Below the pieces are notes generated by a model, which made no database searches, was not told the DNA's origin, and worked only from the letters and a program-made list of their open reading frames with translations. Of a stretch of DNA of 64,000 bases, positions 34,661 to 48,778 are shown one piece after another. Origin of the DNA: Thalia democratica (taxonomy: Eukaryota); NCBI GenBank assembly GCA_965202585.1, contig OZ241830.1, forward strand, positions 20,646,001 to 20,710,000. Reading direction: 5' to 3'. Position 1 is the stretch's first letter. The number at the start of each line of letters is the position of its first letter. Position numbers and translations under genes: made by a program.

Positions 34661-34836
34661 TTTCAATATTTTGTTATTTTCTAGTGTATTTTGTTCAAGA
34701 GCTTGATTTGAGATTTTTAATTGTAAATAACACCTAAATTTGTAAACCTTGTGGCTAGCTGTTCTACTTATTATTAGATTAAAGTTCTTTTTTTTCAGTT
34801 TTTAAAAACCTCATTCTGACTCAGGCTAGTTTATTC

Positions 34837-35074
34837 TAGTGATGTACCGGACTCACTATCCGGGTCCGGCCGGATATTGCCATTTTTGTCTGATATCCGG
34901 ATTCGACCGGATTCTAATTAAAAAAAAAGTCCGGATCCGGTTCCGGCCGGACTCTAATTTGAAAAAAAAGTCCGGATCCGGTTCTGGCCGGATTCTAATT
35001 TGAAAAAAAAAGTCCGGATCCGTTTCCGGCCGGATTCTAGTTTGAAAAAAAAGTCCGGGTCCGGTACATCACTA
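34837..35074. mobile_element. Ac-type hAT MITE (family H4), complete
   Basis: Perfect 14-bp TIRs TAGTGATGTACCGG / CCGGTACATCACTA. Internal tandem units GTCCGGATCCGGTTCCGGCCGGATTCTAATTTGAAAAAAAAA. Flanks GTTTATTC and CTTTTTATTC look like a slipped TSD. Confidence 0.9.
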
Positions 35075-35793
35075 CTTTTTATTCAGTAAAATTAGTTAGT
35101 TATGTCTATAACGGTTAAAGAGATAAAAAAATATTTCTTTTTCAAACCTTTCATTGGAAAAAAAAATCGAATAAAGATGAGAAGAAGAGCAACTCCTAGT
35201 GTTAAAGTTTTCATAAAACCAAATAAAAAAGTTAGTGTATTTTATTAAATATGTTTTAGTATGATTTAATACTAAATTAGAAAAATATTTTTAATCATAA
35301 ATAAAAAGTTCACAAAAACAAAAAGTTACATAAAGTATTGTGAAGTTTTTGTTTATGGTGTTTAAAAAAGTTACTAAATAAAAGTTAAAAGTATTTTTTA
35401 AAGTTGGTGGTTTAACTCAATGGTTGAACCTAAAGGCCCATAAAGTTTTATAATAAGAGTTTTAAAATTATCTTCAAAAATAATCTAGCTCTACCACTAG
35501 GCAGTTTAGTCTTTTTCTAAAGTATATTATTAAATCTTATACAGAAAATAATAAAACAAATCGTACGACCCCTTTGAAAAAAGTCTAGTAGATACGCCCC
35601 TGCATTGTAATAGAAACTTCATAAAAAGTAAGCTAAAATACTACGTCACAGCTTTTTTATGTAATATACAAAGTATGTAGAAACAAATCAATTAACGAAT
35701 TTGCAAGTGATAATCCAAAACTGACGTGTAGCTTATAAAATTAGTTTGTTGTAAAGCTTAGTAAACAGTTGCGAACTAACAAATAAAATGCAG

Positions 35794-35942
35794 GTGCCGC
35801 CAATAAACGGAATGGTGGGAGCAGCGCCCGGCAACTGCCCGAAACTGCTCGTAAGCGTGGAAGAAACAACGAGGTTTCGTGCAGGAAGCAAGTGGGCGGC
35901 ATTGGCGAGTTTTGCAAACTTCCAATGGAACATCTCGATTAA
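35794..35942 (+). other. Orphan GC-rich segment, possible terminal coding exon
   Basis: CAG acceptor, then an open frame GAANKRNGG...ETARKRG...VGGIGEFCKLPMEHLD*. A decayed homolog at 36313-36496 keeps the same frame end (QGDIDSFCKVLIEHLD*). No upstream exon identified. Confidence 0.4.
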
Positions 35943-38900
35943 TATTTTAAACGTACCACACAGAATCGATTTACAACTTTTTATTTATTTATTAGTAAGC
36001 TTCTTTATTTTTTTTTAAACAGACTTTTCTTCTAAAAAAGATTCTTATAAAAATCGGTTTTGTTGATTTCTTTTGGTAAATTTTATAACTTTGAAAAAAA
36101 TATTTGTTTCATTGTACTACTGCCGATTATTTTTTGTTTTTAAAAATATAATGTTTTTGCACCTTAATATAGTGCTTTTTTTTTTGATATGTTATATTGG
36201 GCTAACTAAATACTTTTAGCTTATTTTTATGACCTGTAACATGTTAAGAGTAAATATTGAGTGTGAATACAAACACTTAAAATTTCTAACTTTGTTTTAT
36301 ATTTTTCAAAAGTATGTGCTGCCGAAAAGAATAACTTCTTGGGTCGCATTATGCCAATTCTTGAGATAGAGAGCTAGTTTTATTTTTCCCTTATTTCTAA
36401 AGTTGTTAGGAAGTTTCATAGGCAATATTCTTAATGAATATGTGTCAGGGCGACATTGACAGTTTTTGTAAAGTTCTAATAGAACATCTAGATTAATATT
36501 TTTTAATGTACCATGCCCTACAGACATTCGACTTGCCAGTATTTATTGATAGGTTTTTTGAGTTTTTGATCGAAGAAAGTTTTCTTATCTAAATCGGTTT
36601 TACTGTTTTCTTTCTTTTTTTTATACTAAAAATTAAAATAGTTTTATTTGTGTTATAGTACTACTGCTAACAGCTTTTTTTATTCAAACTAACTTCAGAA
36701 AACTAATGTTTATGCATTGTGACGTACAGTGTTTTGAAACTTTTTTGTTTAACGGGTATGTTTTAGATAGTTTTGAGCTAGCTAATTACTTTTAAGCTTA
36801 GTTGTGAGACTCATAGCTCGTTTTGAGTAAGTACTGACAGAATACCCTTATTTTGAACTTTATACTTTATATATACGGTATTATAAAGTATTTGTTGCTG
36901 AAAACGACGCGGGCCGAGTTTTACCAACCGCTGAAGTAGAATATCACATGGTTCATTTAGTGAGCTAATATTATTATTTGCTCATTTGTAAAGTTTAAGT
37001 AAAGTTTTAGGTAATGTATCTTATTGGTTATAATAATGTGTTTTTAAAAAACTTGACTGATAGAACGTTTTTGTGTTGTAGTGCATATTTTTGTGTATTG
37101 TTTTGTATGAACGAATTTAATGGCTTTAAAGTAATGCTAGTAGTTAATTTTCAGTAAAGTTTTCAAAAGCCAAGATTTTGAATTAAGATATATTTATCTA
37201 GCATAACGCCGAAATAGTAGAAAAAAGTTAATATCCAAGGCAGACTTGTTAAAATGCTAACAGTTTCTATGGTAGTTCAGTGATGAAGCGTATAAACTTA
37301 AGTTTGTTTTAAGTGAGTATTTTCACGCTCGAGTAAACAAAGCAGAGCTTTTTAACATGTCTGATCCAAGGTTAAAGGAATTTTTCGAATATGTACATTT
37401 AAAAACTTATTTATTCAAACCTGAAAATAATTACCTTGCAGTATATAAAAAATATGAAGTATTGTTCATATTATACTCAAAATAACAAGTTTGTTTTATA
37501 CGTTTTTATTTTATGCATATCTGAAACCATTTTTTATTGACAACAGTAACATTAACTGAACAACCAAAAAACTTTATTAAAAGCTTCAGCTTTATTTAGT
37601 AAAAAAGACGATTCAAGTTCTTTTTACTTCTCTCTTAAATACCAATATAAGATTTTTTTCTGCAAATTAACATAATTCAGTTAGAATATACATTTTTTTG
37701 TATGATAAGAAAACACGTTTTAATATATTGGATCAAAGTGACCAAGCATATATAAAGAAAATAAAGTATACATACTTGAGTTTTGAAATACAAATACTTA
37801 GTACTTACTCTATTTTGAAAACTTTGCGCTAGACCTTTTACACTTTGCCCACATAAAAAAATACATAATAAATAAACGAGAAGTTAACTTCCTATGAACC
37901 TAACTTTGAATCAGGTTCAAATGTGCAAAAACGTTCTGAACGTAACTAATTAAACCAGACTGCTTAAAAGTAAAGCTTCTTGGAACCTAGCAATTCTAAA
38001 GTTTAAAACTCTAAATTCCTCAAAATTCCTAAATTCGTCAAGCTGTAGTATTCACAAACAACAACTGCTATAGATACAAAAACTCAAGTCATGGCAACTA
38101 TAGTAAAATGACGTTTGTAGGTATGTACTGTCTTAAGCTTAAAACGGATGTTTGATAGCCATATCTAAATTTTAACGTATTTTCATTTATGTATTGGTTC
38201 TCGATATTGCTACGTTCATCTCAAAAAGTTTTTAAAGCCGCCATCAGGACCACTAGATTAATAATGAAAATTTACAATAAAAATGACTCGTCTTTTTTAT
38301 AATAGTAAAAACATGTTTTATTTATAGCAGTAAGTTACTATTAGTAACTAGTAATAATTTACGAGATAATTTTTGCTGTAAAGTTGTATGACAGGCGAAA
38401 TCACGCGGCAGATTACTGTACTCGAATATTAGAGTTTTTATATGATGTATAATTTTTGTTCATTTTTACTTTACATTCATAACTATGTTTAACAACTTTA
38501 AGCTTTATAACTATTTAATACAAATGCTTTAAAATTTATTATATTTTCATTAAATTAAATAGGAAAAATCAAATTTAGTGAGAAAACCGCTAGATCTTTT
38601 ATGATTAAACATTGTTAAGATATAATACAAACTTATAAAACTTTAAAACGCTTAGTATCAATAAACCTATCATTTTCAATTAAGTAATTAATAATCATTT
38701 TTTAAATTTTCGATTGTTTAGCGTTGCTGTATAGGAATGGACTTCTGATATTTTCTCAGCAAAACTTATGATACAGTATGTTTTGTCAAAATACTTAGAG
38801 TTGTTGGTTTTTAGGCTCATTAATGGTCAAGTTCAAAAACAGACTTTTTTCTATTTTTGTTGAGCGTAATTTTAAATTTATAATACAAATATTTTCTACT

Positions 38901-39699
38901 AAGGTTTCACACAAATATTAGTTTGCTTACTTTAGTTTACAAGTCAGTTTTTTTAATTTGAAATTAATGTAACTTGCTTGTGTTTCGAACAAGTATTTGT
39001 TCGATAAAAAAGTTTCTTTAGTAAATACGCTGTTAGCCGAAAATTGTTTTGTGTGTTTTGCTTAAAAACGATTAATTATATTTCACAATCAAAAATCTAA
39101 AAAAATAAAAACAATTACAAACACAGTGATGCAACAAAATAATTTAAAAAAATAAATGAAAGTTTTTTTTTTCGTATTATTTCTCGTTTCTTCGTCTGCT
39201 TCGGGTTTTTAAATGGTTGTTATTCCCTTCTTTTTCAGTCTAAACAATTTTTTTCTTTATTATATTTTTTTTTTAAAGATTACTATTTTTTATCATTTCT
39301 AAAATTTCTTTATCTTTTATAAAATATTTGTATAGTATACTCAAAATTTTTATGATTTACAATATTTTGGAAACAGATATTTCAAAAGCTGTAATCAAAA
39401 CATGCTATTTTCTTATCAAAATTAATATCACCTTTACACTATAGTTGGTAATGTATAACTGTATGGTATAGACTTTTCCAGTATATCTTGTTTGCGTTTA
39501 TTAATGAAAATATGTTTTTAACACTAATTTTGTTTAAAAACTAAAATCCAAAAATGTTTTTGTACTAATTAGTTTTAAAAGGTATAAGCAAACGGATATA
39601 AGTATTTATTATTTCAACAAAACTTTTTTTTTTATTAAAATGCAAACACACCGTAGACACTACAAACAGAAAACAATCGCGAATGGAAAAAAATCAAGC

Positions 39700-39862
39700 A
39701 ATATCACATTTCAAGCGATCAATTATAGAATTTTCCAACATAAGACGCTATATCTTCAGTCGCATCGCCCGAAGCGGTGTAATACGAGCCTTGTGGTTTC
39801 AACAACGAGCTCCAGTGTTTCAACGAGCTTACACTGTTTAAAATACTTCACACGGCTTTAAG
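39700..39862 (+). promoter_or_regulatory. Probable promoter/non-coding first exon of the ZP gene
   Basis: Locally CpG-richer segment ending in AAG|GTAGCT about 340 bp upstream of the ZP start codon; no convincing ORF. Confidence 0.3.
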
Positions 39863-40201
39863 GTAGCTCGTTGTTTTTGTTTAGTTTTTAGTCAAGGTTT
39901 GAACAGACGTATTTAAGTTTTTTTTGTCAAGTAATTAACTACTTATAATTTTTTAGCCTAAAAAAGCAATATTAAGTATTATGTTTATGTTAACTTTAAA
40001 TAAATGAAAAACTTCATGCTAAACTATAACTGGATGAATAACAAAAAATTATTTCATTGTAATATTATTCGAGGTTACAAAATTATTTAATGTAGTTTGG
40101 TTTGTTTGAATTACTTAATACCATGAAGTTGTTTATATAAACTATGTACAGATGTTTTAAAACCAAAATATAATGTAAACTGATATACAAAAGCTAAAAA
40201 G

Positions 40202-43200
40202 ATGGAAAAAATATGTTATATCGCCAGTTTACTTCTGGTATTTATTGGTTAGTTATCATATTATTTTTTAAATAATTTTAGGTTCTTTTTTAATTTTTTT
40301 TTGAAGCAAATTATTATAAAAACATTTTAATGCTTATACTATTAATAAATATTGACAGTACTTTTATTTTTCACAACAAATAACGCAACATGATAGAAAA
40401 CACACCTTTATTTAGCTTTAATTAAATTTTCAATCTGGTTTTTCAACTTTGAAATAAGCACATGATAAAGCTTAAACGTACAAAAGAAAACATTGTGCAC
40501 AATATTTTCAACAATTTTAGCAAAGTTATTGTAATACTTTTTAAGTTACTTAACTTGGTCTAAACTAAAAATTAAACCTTGTTTTTCTTTAACGTAAACA
40601 TTTTTTTATTTTTTACTTTTAAATTAAAAATAAACTGTTAACAGCTTTTACAAAAAACTAAAATATACAATAGCACAACAGAAAAACATTAAACAAAAGT
40701 TTTAATTGCCTATTATTATTAACTTTCAAGGTTCAGCCTTCACATTAAAGCTGGAATGTCACCCGGACAGAATTTCGATTGAAATCGGTGATAAGTGAGT
40801 TTAAACACGTTTCCAAAATAAACCTGCAAAAAATTAAGAATTTAAATATAACTTTCATAGTTGTACTGTTTGTTTTGGTTACAAGTAGACTGCAGCTTAA
40901 ATAAGTTTTTAATTTATTTTACTTTTTTGTTTTTACCTAAACAAATAGATCACTTTTGTTTGTTTTGTTTTTGTTTTCATTATTTTTCTGACAACGTTTA
41001 CTGCATGAAAGTAATTAATCTATCACGAAGTTTAAACTTGATAAATAACAAACTAACAGAAAAATTCAAAAGTTATTCTATAATATGTTTTTGTAGATTT
41101 TTGATGGAGCATGATATGGATGTCAGGTATCCAAGTCAACTGTATTTCCATGGCAACCCGGGATGTTCAGGAGTGAGAATATCTGATGGGTACCAAATGA
41201 CGATACCGGCCCCTTTTGATACTTGTGGAACTAAATTAGACGTTTGTTTGATTTTTTATTTTTTTACTTTAGCATAAAAATATTTAATTAAATTAGTATT
41301 TAAAAAACAACTTTTAGAGTATTACTTAATTTTTTTATCTTTAAAATTTTTAAAAAAATATGTTGCAATCTTTACGTTTTGATGTATCGATAATATTTAA
41401 TAAATTTTAAAAACTGTATTTAAAATTTATTTGAAAGTTAAAAATAAAACTTGAGTTTATATAAAGTTTTAGTTTAACTTTTTTGTTGAAGTAAACTTAG
41501 AAGTATTTTTATATGATTTTTGATAGTTTAGTATTTTTTTAACTTTTTTCTGGTTTGTATCTGCATACACATAAAAATTTTAGTGAAAATTCAAGTTTTT
41601 TTACACAATTGTACTTTTTATATGGTTAAAACAATTCATATGCAATAAAGTATTAATTACTTACTTTTACAGTGATTAGTACTTGTAAACATTTATAACC
41701 ATATACTTACACGCTTAAACAAAAATTGTAAAATGTTGCCTGTAGTTAAGGTTTTTTCCTTAAGTTAAAGATACTGCGTAGGTTTTTTAAATACTAAAAA
41801 TTTGTAAACATTTTCAAGTTGTTTATACATCTTGACGTATAAAATTTTTGAAAAGAACTCTTTTATCAAAAATCAATTGTAACTAAGCTATTCAAATTAT
41901 CTTTCAAAAAAAAGTAGTTAGCTTTCATGTTCAACCAAATAAACAAAGGAGATTATGATTAAAACGAAACTTTTCATACAGTTCAAGTTTTTTTAATTTT
42001 TAATTTTAAAGACCAATGTTACAGCTACAAAACTTACAAAATCTTACACGATAGTTTATGACTGTAAAGTTCCGAGCAGTTGCAATTTTATTATATTTTA
42101 CAGTTTTTCTAATTTTAGCTCATTATTTTATATGGCTTTATTTTTCAGCACGACACGGGCAATTACGTTTACACGAACGAAATTGTGTTCGGCCCCGCAG
42201 ATGCTACCAATGACGTCATAGACAGCTCGAAACTTCAAAGGATTCCAATAAGGTGTTCCTATGACGACAGATACGTCGTCAGTTCCGACTTTGGGCTGAA
42301 ACCATACGTAAAGTGGGTATTTGATACTTAACAACGTTTTTGCTAAGAAACTTAAACTACTATAATACTTTTAGCTTAATATTGAAGCATAACTTTTTTT
42401 TCAAATTATTATCATTACTATTGGTGAATTTGAAATATTGTATAATATTAAAATAAGTTATGAGAGAGAAACAATTTAATCAACATTAATATGTTAAAAT
42501 ACTTGGCTCATAAGTAGTTATTTATTCAAGTTAGTTGTGTTATTTCACATTTTAGTTTACATAGCTTTTATGATATAACTGGTTTTCATTGTAAACGCCT
42601 CAGTTATCAGGTACAACAAAATATATATCAATAAAATTGATATCAATATGCCGTAGTTTACAGTAATAGAGATCAATTAAAAAATACATTGTCAAAAGTT
42701 ATTTTAACACTTATTACTATGTATCTAAATGCGTTAGAAAATATTTGGTTTAGTTCAAAAAAACGTAATTTGAACGAACGTTTAAGAACTTATACTGTTT
42801 ATTACATTCATTCAGCGAGTGTATTTTAACTTATAAAATTTGTACAAAACAGAACGATTTACTTCGAAACGGGGCAGGGCAACATCAGCGTGGAGATGAA
42901 CTTGTACCAGAGGGAGGACTACAACCCGAAGAGCAGGCTGGGCGCGAGACCCATGGTTTTAGTAGGTGTGACGTCACAGTTGTTGAAGTATTAGTTTGCT
43001 TTGATGTTTTATTGTTTTGTAATAACTGTATAAACCGGTCGTTGTTCAACTTTAAAATTGTGACGCTTGACATGTTTACAAAAAATAAAAGCTATTGCGT
43101 TATGATCTTGTTAGAATGCAGTTATACTCTCTTGTTTTAATAAAAGTGTTTAAAATGTATACACAATAAAAAATACTTTACCTTAAACTAAACTCACAGT

Positions 43201-46200
43201 TAAGATTTTATTGCAGTTAAACATATATAAGTGTTTTTTATTGTGTCAACTAAAGCAAGTTATTACTAAATGTAATTCAACTTTTTAGTTTTGACATGAT
43301 ATTGTATACAAAGCATAAAACTGTTGCAGTATGATCTTGTTAGAATGCAGTCATACTTTCTGGTTTTAAAAACAGTATGTTTAAAATGTTTCTAATTTTA
43401 TAATAGTATAATCATACTTTAACTTTAATTTAAATCTCGGTTAAGCTTTTATTGCATTAAAAAAACTATACAAGCTTATTTTATTGTGTCTTCTAAAGCA
43501 AATTCTAAGCTGTGTATGATCAAATGATAAAATGTTTTTTAGATTAAGGAATCTATAAACAGTTTTAGGGATTTAAAATATTTAAATTTAAACTGTGCTT
43601 CGTGTTTAATTTTTGTTTACTACACATGTTTTGATTCTTTATCTAACTATTAAATCTAAGTTACTTTAGATGTATAAAGTATTCGTTAAGATACTATATA
43701 CTAAACTTGTTAACTTTTTTTAAATTCATTTTGTGTGTAAGAGTAAACAAAAAAGTTTTTATCTTTAGCATTTTATAACAATGCAAATCTTTAAAAAAAA
43801 AGGTAAGAAAAATTCCAATATTTATAACTTTATAATTTTTTTATTACTTTACATCATTGTCTTACTAATAAAATAAAAAATACTTTGTTGGCTTACTTTT
43901 CTCATTTAAAAATGATAAAAATAAATTACATACCTTACCATTAAGCAAATCCTTTTAATTTTATATTCGAAGAACATGTAAAAATTTTCGTTTTTGTATA
44001 GTTTTCTTAAATAAATAGCTTTATAAATACAAAACATAATACAGGTTTTCCTTTGTACGTGTCAGTTAAGACTGACGACATTTTTGGTGACCCTGCAATC
44101 AAGACAACTTTAGAACAATGTTACGCGTCAGACCAACCTTCTTTCAAGAAGATGGACAGTCTGTTACACTACCTCGTGCAAGGAAGGTTAACTTGTTGTT
44201 TATTTGAATTTTTAAAAGTATTGTTGGAAATAGATTCAAGCAAAAAAATAAAAATAGTTTGAAACAATCTATTAGAAGGATAGAGTTAAAAAGTGTATAC
44301 AGTTAAACTTTTAGAAGTTTTTTAAATTTTTACTTGCTTGACCTTTTTAAGCTTTATAATGTTGTTATTTATTAAAGATGAAAAATATGTCTGGATGATA
44401 CATACAAAGTTTGATACAGAGTTTTATAAGCTAATTTATCTACCAAAACACGGATTAAACTTAGGTAAATTAAACTAAAGATAGATACTTAAATAAAGTT
44501 AAAACAACAGATAGACTACGTTTTAATGCTGTACTTTTTTATTGAAACCAAGTATATTTAACTTTTAAGGAAACAATAACTTATCAATTTAAAGTTTAAC
44601 TTTTGTTTTGTATGTGCTTAATAAAAAATGTTCAGCTTTTTTTACGAATTCAAACAGCAGTACAACTAAACAAATTTTACTTCAGGTGCGTGAGTCCAGA
44701 TGATTCGACAGTGGAAATAATCAAAAATGGAAGAAGCAACGAGGCAAGGTTCAAGTTTGATATGTTCAGATGGAGAATGCAACAGACTGAGTTAGTTGAC
44801 ATATTTGAACAAATTGTTTCAGTGGTAGTTGTTTACAATGTAATTGTTATATAAAAGCAATTTTTTGAAAAAGTTTTAATTTTTTATAATATGCTTTTAT
44901 AAAAGTAACTATCCTACGATTGCAAATACAGCATCGATTATATTGTTTCAACATTTTATTTAGTTTTTAAAATCTTTAAATTTGTTATGCCAAAAACTTT
45001 AGTATCTTATAGATATACTTTATTTTTTAGCTGAATAAAACTGCTACAATAAACTATAGTAAGCAGTTATGACATTTAGACTTTTATTATATATAAAATA
45101 GCATAGCTTCAAGTGAAATTATTTTATCTTAAGTTGACATAAATGTATAAAGATATAAATTAAAGAAAAAGTTTTATGAAATAATTTTTAAAGTATAGAG
45201 CAGCAATTCTTAAACTTGGGTAAATTTACCCCTGGGAGTAAATTCCCTTCTTTTAGGGGGTAAATTTACTTTATTTAATTTTATGTAAATTAATGTTTAT
45301 TAAATGTAACTGTATTTTATTAGTTAGTGTTTAACTGTAATTTTTTTAAAGTTAAATAAACTCTTTAATTTATATATTTTTTTTATTTAATAAGCTTAAA
45401 ATTTAACAAATCTAGCTTTTTTCCTTAGAAATAAAATTATTTTGTAAGTTGGGTTAAGTTTGGTAACAATCTTCCAAAAAGGTGTAAAAATGAAAAATAG
45501 TTTAAAAACCGCTGGTATAGAGTGTTTAAGGTTAAAACACTTTTTATAAAAATAAATATGTATTCCAAAAATACTTATTTTTTATAAACTTAAGTAAATT
45601 TGTTCATGTTTAAACAACATGTAAAAACACGTAATGTGTTTGTAGCGCTTAAAGCTGAAAAAATAACAATAATAATCATGAAATTTTCTCACGGTGCAAG
45701 TTAAAAGAAATGTTTTAATTTAAACAATTTGAAAAATTGATGTACGCTTTATTGAATTCGTATTTAACTAGAGATTGAAACATCATGTTTACATGACTTT
45801 TATTTAAAAGTTTTCGTAACTTTATCTGAATGATTTAAAATTATACATGCTAAACTTTATATATAAAAAAACTGTAAATATTTTTTAGCTTCAAAGGACT
45901 TTGCTTGCAACAGTCAATGAAAGTGTAATTATATTGCATATCATTGCAACAAAAGTTTTAAAATTATACCAACACAACATTATAATTTGTTCACATTAAC
46001 ATTATCTTTTATTTATTCACAACTTAAACAAAGATGTACAAACTAAAAATTTTATGTAAAACCTGTGTAAATTGTACAACCGGTTGTAAATAAAGTATTT
46101 AATTTGCACATCTTTATTTAAATAAGCTCTTTACATTCCAGCAGATTGAGCAATCTCTTTTAGTTAAGACATACAATTATATTTATTCACAACAAAACTG

Positions 46201-47590
46201 TTTAAAATTTATTTACATTAATAATTTTTTTCACAACAAAACATTTAAAACAGATTCATCTACTTGCATTGTGAAGTTCGCGTCTGCAACTCGTCTGCAG
46301 AAGTTTGCACTGGAGAGGGGGTTAGTTTGATAAAAATTAAAAAAAAAACTTTTATTTTTGATGTTAACAAAATTCTCTTAAATATTAATTAAAAACTAAC
46401 GGTTTTTATCACAATTAATAACCACTTTTTTGTTATCACTTTTTCTAAACTTTATAAGCTTACATATAATATTATTTAAAGTATCCTAAAAAATAGTTCA
46501 ACTACTTTAATTGTTTAAATAATATTTCATTACACCATATTAAAACAACTTTATAATGACTACCCTAAAAATTAAAGTCATTTTGAATTAAAAGTTGTTT
46601 AAAAAACTTCTATAACACAGGACTTGTGCAACAGCGTCAATGACTTAAGCTCTCTCGAATCTCGTAGGAAACGAGAGACTCTCATATTTGATTCGAGAGA
46701 ATCAGGTATCACTTCTGTCGGTCCGATAGCCATTGGTAGGATTAGCGATTCGGCTGACGGAGAAGCTTCAGTGGATACCGATTTGGTTGTCAGGAAAGAT
46801 AAAAGTTTGTTTTTATGGTTACCAAATTGTTTGTAAAGAATAAAATATGATTTTGGAGTTTTCTAGCTTTTATATTGCTTGAAAGTGTCATAAATTTTCT
46901 AAAATCGAAAAAGAGCTTCTAAAACTGTTCATATGTGTATATATATATATATATAAAGATATATACTTGTTATTTCAATTTTTCAATCTCAAAAAATATT
47001 ACAATAGTTTCATGTATGCTTTTACATATACTCTTCAGCTGTTTGAGTTCGAAATGAACTCAAAGTACATTTAAATAGTTTCGAATTCAAATAGCTGATG
47101 ATTATATGCAAAAGTATATATGAAACAGTTGTATTCCTTTTTTTTTTTTGGTTTTGACAACTTTTAATAGACTATTAAAAGATTTTCAAGGGGGCTATGT
47201 GAAAGCTTTATTAGTTAATCTAACTCTATTACACTACTATAAGCATATATAAGCATATATTTAACCAACATTAGTATAAAAATCTACTTTCATATACGCA
47301 ATTAGACAAATAATGAGACTATTTAAAGTTTTAAGTATTTTTATTAAACAAAATATAGTTTTTATTTGTTGGACCCTACTTCGTTTTAACTAAACTGACT
47401 ATATGAAACAGAATATCTGAACATGTACATATACATTGCGATGGGCTCTATGTTGCTATGCTGCCTCATTCTGTTGCTTGGCTACATCGTTGTCAGGCGA
47501 CGAAGACATGTTCAAGGTAAACAGGAAGTTCGTAGTGTTACGTCATCGACAGACTCATTCAATCAGAACCAGCTTCCTATTTGCTTGTAA
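40202..47590 (+). CDS. Single-pass zona pellucida (ZP) module protein, complete, 402 aa
   Basis: Exons 40202-40247, 40731-40794, 41097-41241, 42149-42312, 42853-42965, 44045-44186, 44686-44790, 46254-46320, 46621-46804, 47412-47590 sum to 1209 nt in frame. Signal peptide MEKICYIASLLLVFIG; ZP-N (LEC, CGT, YTNEI, IPIRCSY); ZP-C (LYVSV, LEQCYAS, RFKFDMFRW, IYLHCEVRVC); furin site RRKR; external hydrophobic patch SVGPIAI; TM helix YIYIAMGSMLLCCLILLLGYIVV; basic stop-transfer RRRR; short tail. Confidence 0.93.
43071..43500. repeat. Diverged tandem duplication (~229-bp period) in ZP intron 5
   Basis: TATGATCTTGTTAGAATGCAGT at 43101 and 43330, with colinear similarity on both sides. Confidence 0.75.
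45201..45514. mobile_element. hAT MITE family H2 with perfect 8-bp TSD, in ZP intron 7
   Basis: CAGCAATTCTTAAAC / TTTAAAAACCGCTG. TSD GTATAGAG at 45193-45200 and 45515-45522. Confidence 0.88.
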
Positions 47591-48778
47591 AGACATATAA
47601 ACTAATAACTTTTTTTTTTCGATACCTATCTATTTTTTATAATTCTTTTGGTGGTTTTTATCAAACTTAAAGTCAGATGATTTTTATACACACTAAAAAT
47701 ATATACTCGATTTATAATGCTTTTATTAAAACTTGTGTCAAGAATAGCGACACCGTGTGCTGAAAAAACACGTAGGTATTATTTTTTCTCAAGCTTAGCA
47801 AAAAACAAATTAATAGCTTTTTGTGTGTAGAAGATTTTACGTAGAGATACTTAAAAATGCATCGTAAAAATATATTATTGTTTTAAACGTGTTTACAACA
47901 GTGAAGTCACATATTTTCCTTTAAGCTATTTTACTGCATTTGAGAAAGTCGTCAAATAATTGTTCCGAAAAACCAGTTTCGAAGTTTAAGCAGTTCTTAC
48001 TAAAATAAACATTTTTCAAAATAGTATACTTTTTGCAAAATTATACCGAATAATTACAAAAAATCTCCGTAACAAATAGTACTTTATAAGTTTGTTTAGC
48101 AAGGGAAATTATTTTTTTTTTCAATAAAACTGCAACTTACTTAGATATTAACAAAATGATATAAAAAAATTTATATTAAAAGTTAGGCGTTACACCTCAC
48201 ACCTAAAATGATCAATTAGAAACGTTTTGAGGTAAATTTTAGCAACCGGTACAAAATGGTGACATGTATCAAATTGGAAATACTTGTTTATTCTTATAGT
48301 CCTATTAAACAAGTTTTTATAGTTGATACAACGTATACTTTTATCATAAATGTCGAATTTGAGTTTGTTTTTACAGCTTAAGACCTAATAGTTTAAAATT
48401 TAAGAAAATAGTTAATAATACATAAAAATTAAAGTTTAATATTTTAAACTTAAGTTTTTAAGTGTACACGTTTTTTCCATAATAAACCAACTTTGATGTT
48501 TCTGTTCCTTAATCAAACTGTTTGTATTAACTAAACATTTAAACTTAGCTTAATTAACATTTTTGAATAAAATATTTTGAAACTAACACTTATAGTATAT
48601 ACTCTACTACTTAAAAGTGCACATTTAAATACAACTTTAAATTTCAGGATCATTTTTGTTGTAAACTGAAAATAGTTTTTAGAAAAATATAGATCTTGAT
48701 CAAAGCTAGCATTCGATATTCTGCTGAAGTGCTAAGTTTATTTTTTATGATCCAATTTAAACACTTATCATAAAAAAA

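Noticed and set aside
35733-36018. Track ORFs (66 aa minus, 76 aa plus) over the GC-rich segment
   Set aside because: The 76-aa plus frame acquires stops in the sister copy. The minus-strand readings could not be excluded but have weaker splice and codon support than the EHLD* frame.
39640-39861. 73-aa ORF upstream of the ZP gene
   Set aside because: No signal peptide or ZP similarity; the true start is better explained by the ATG at 40202.
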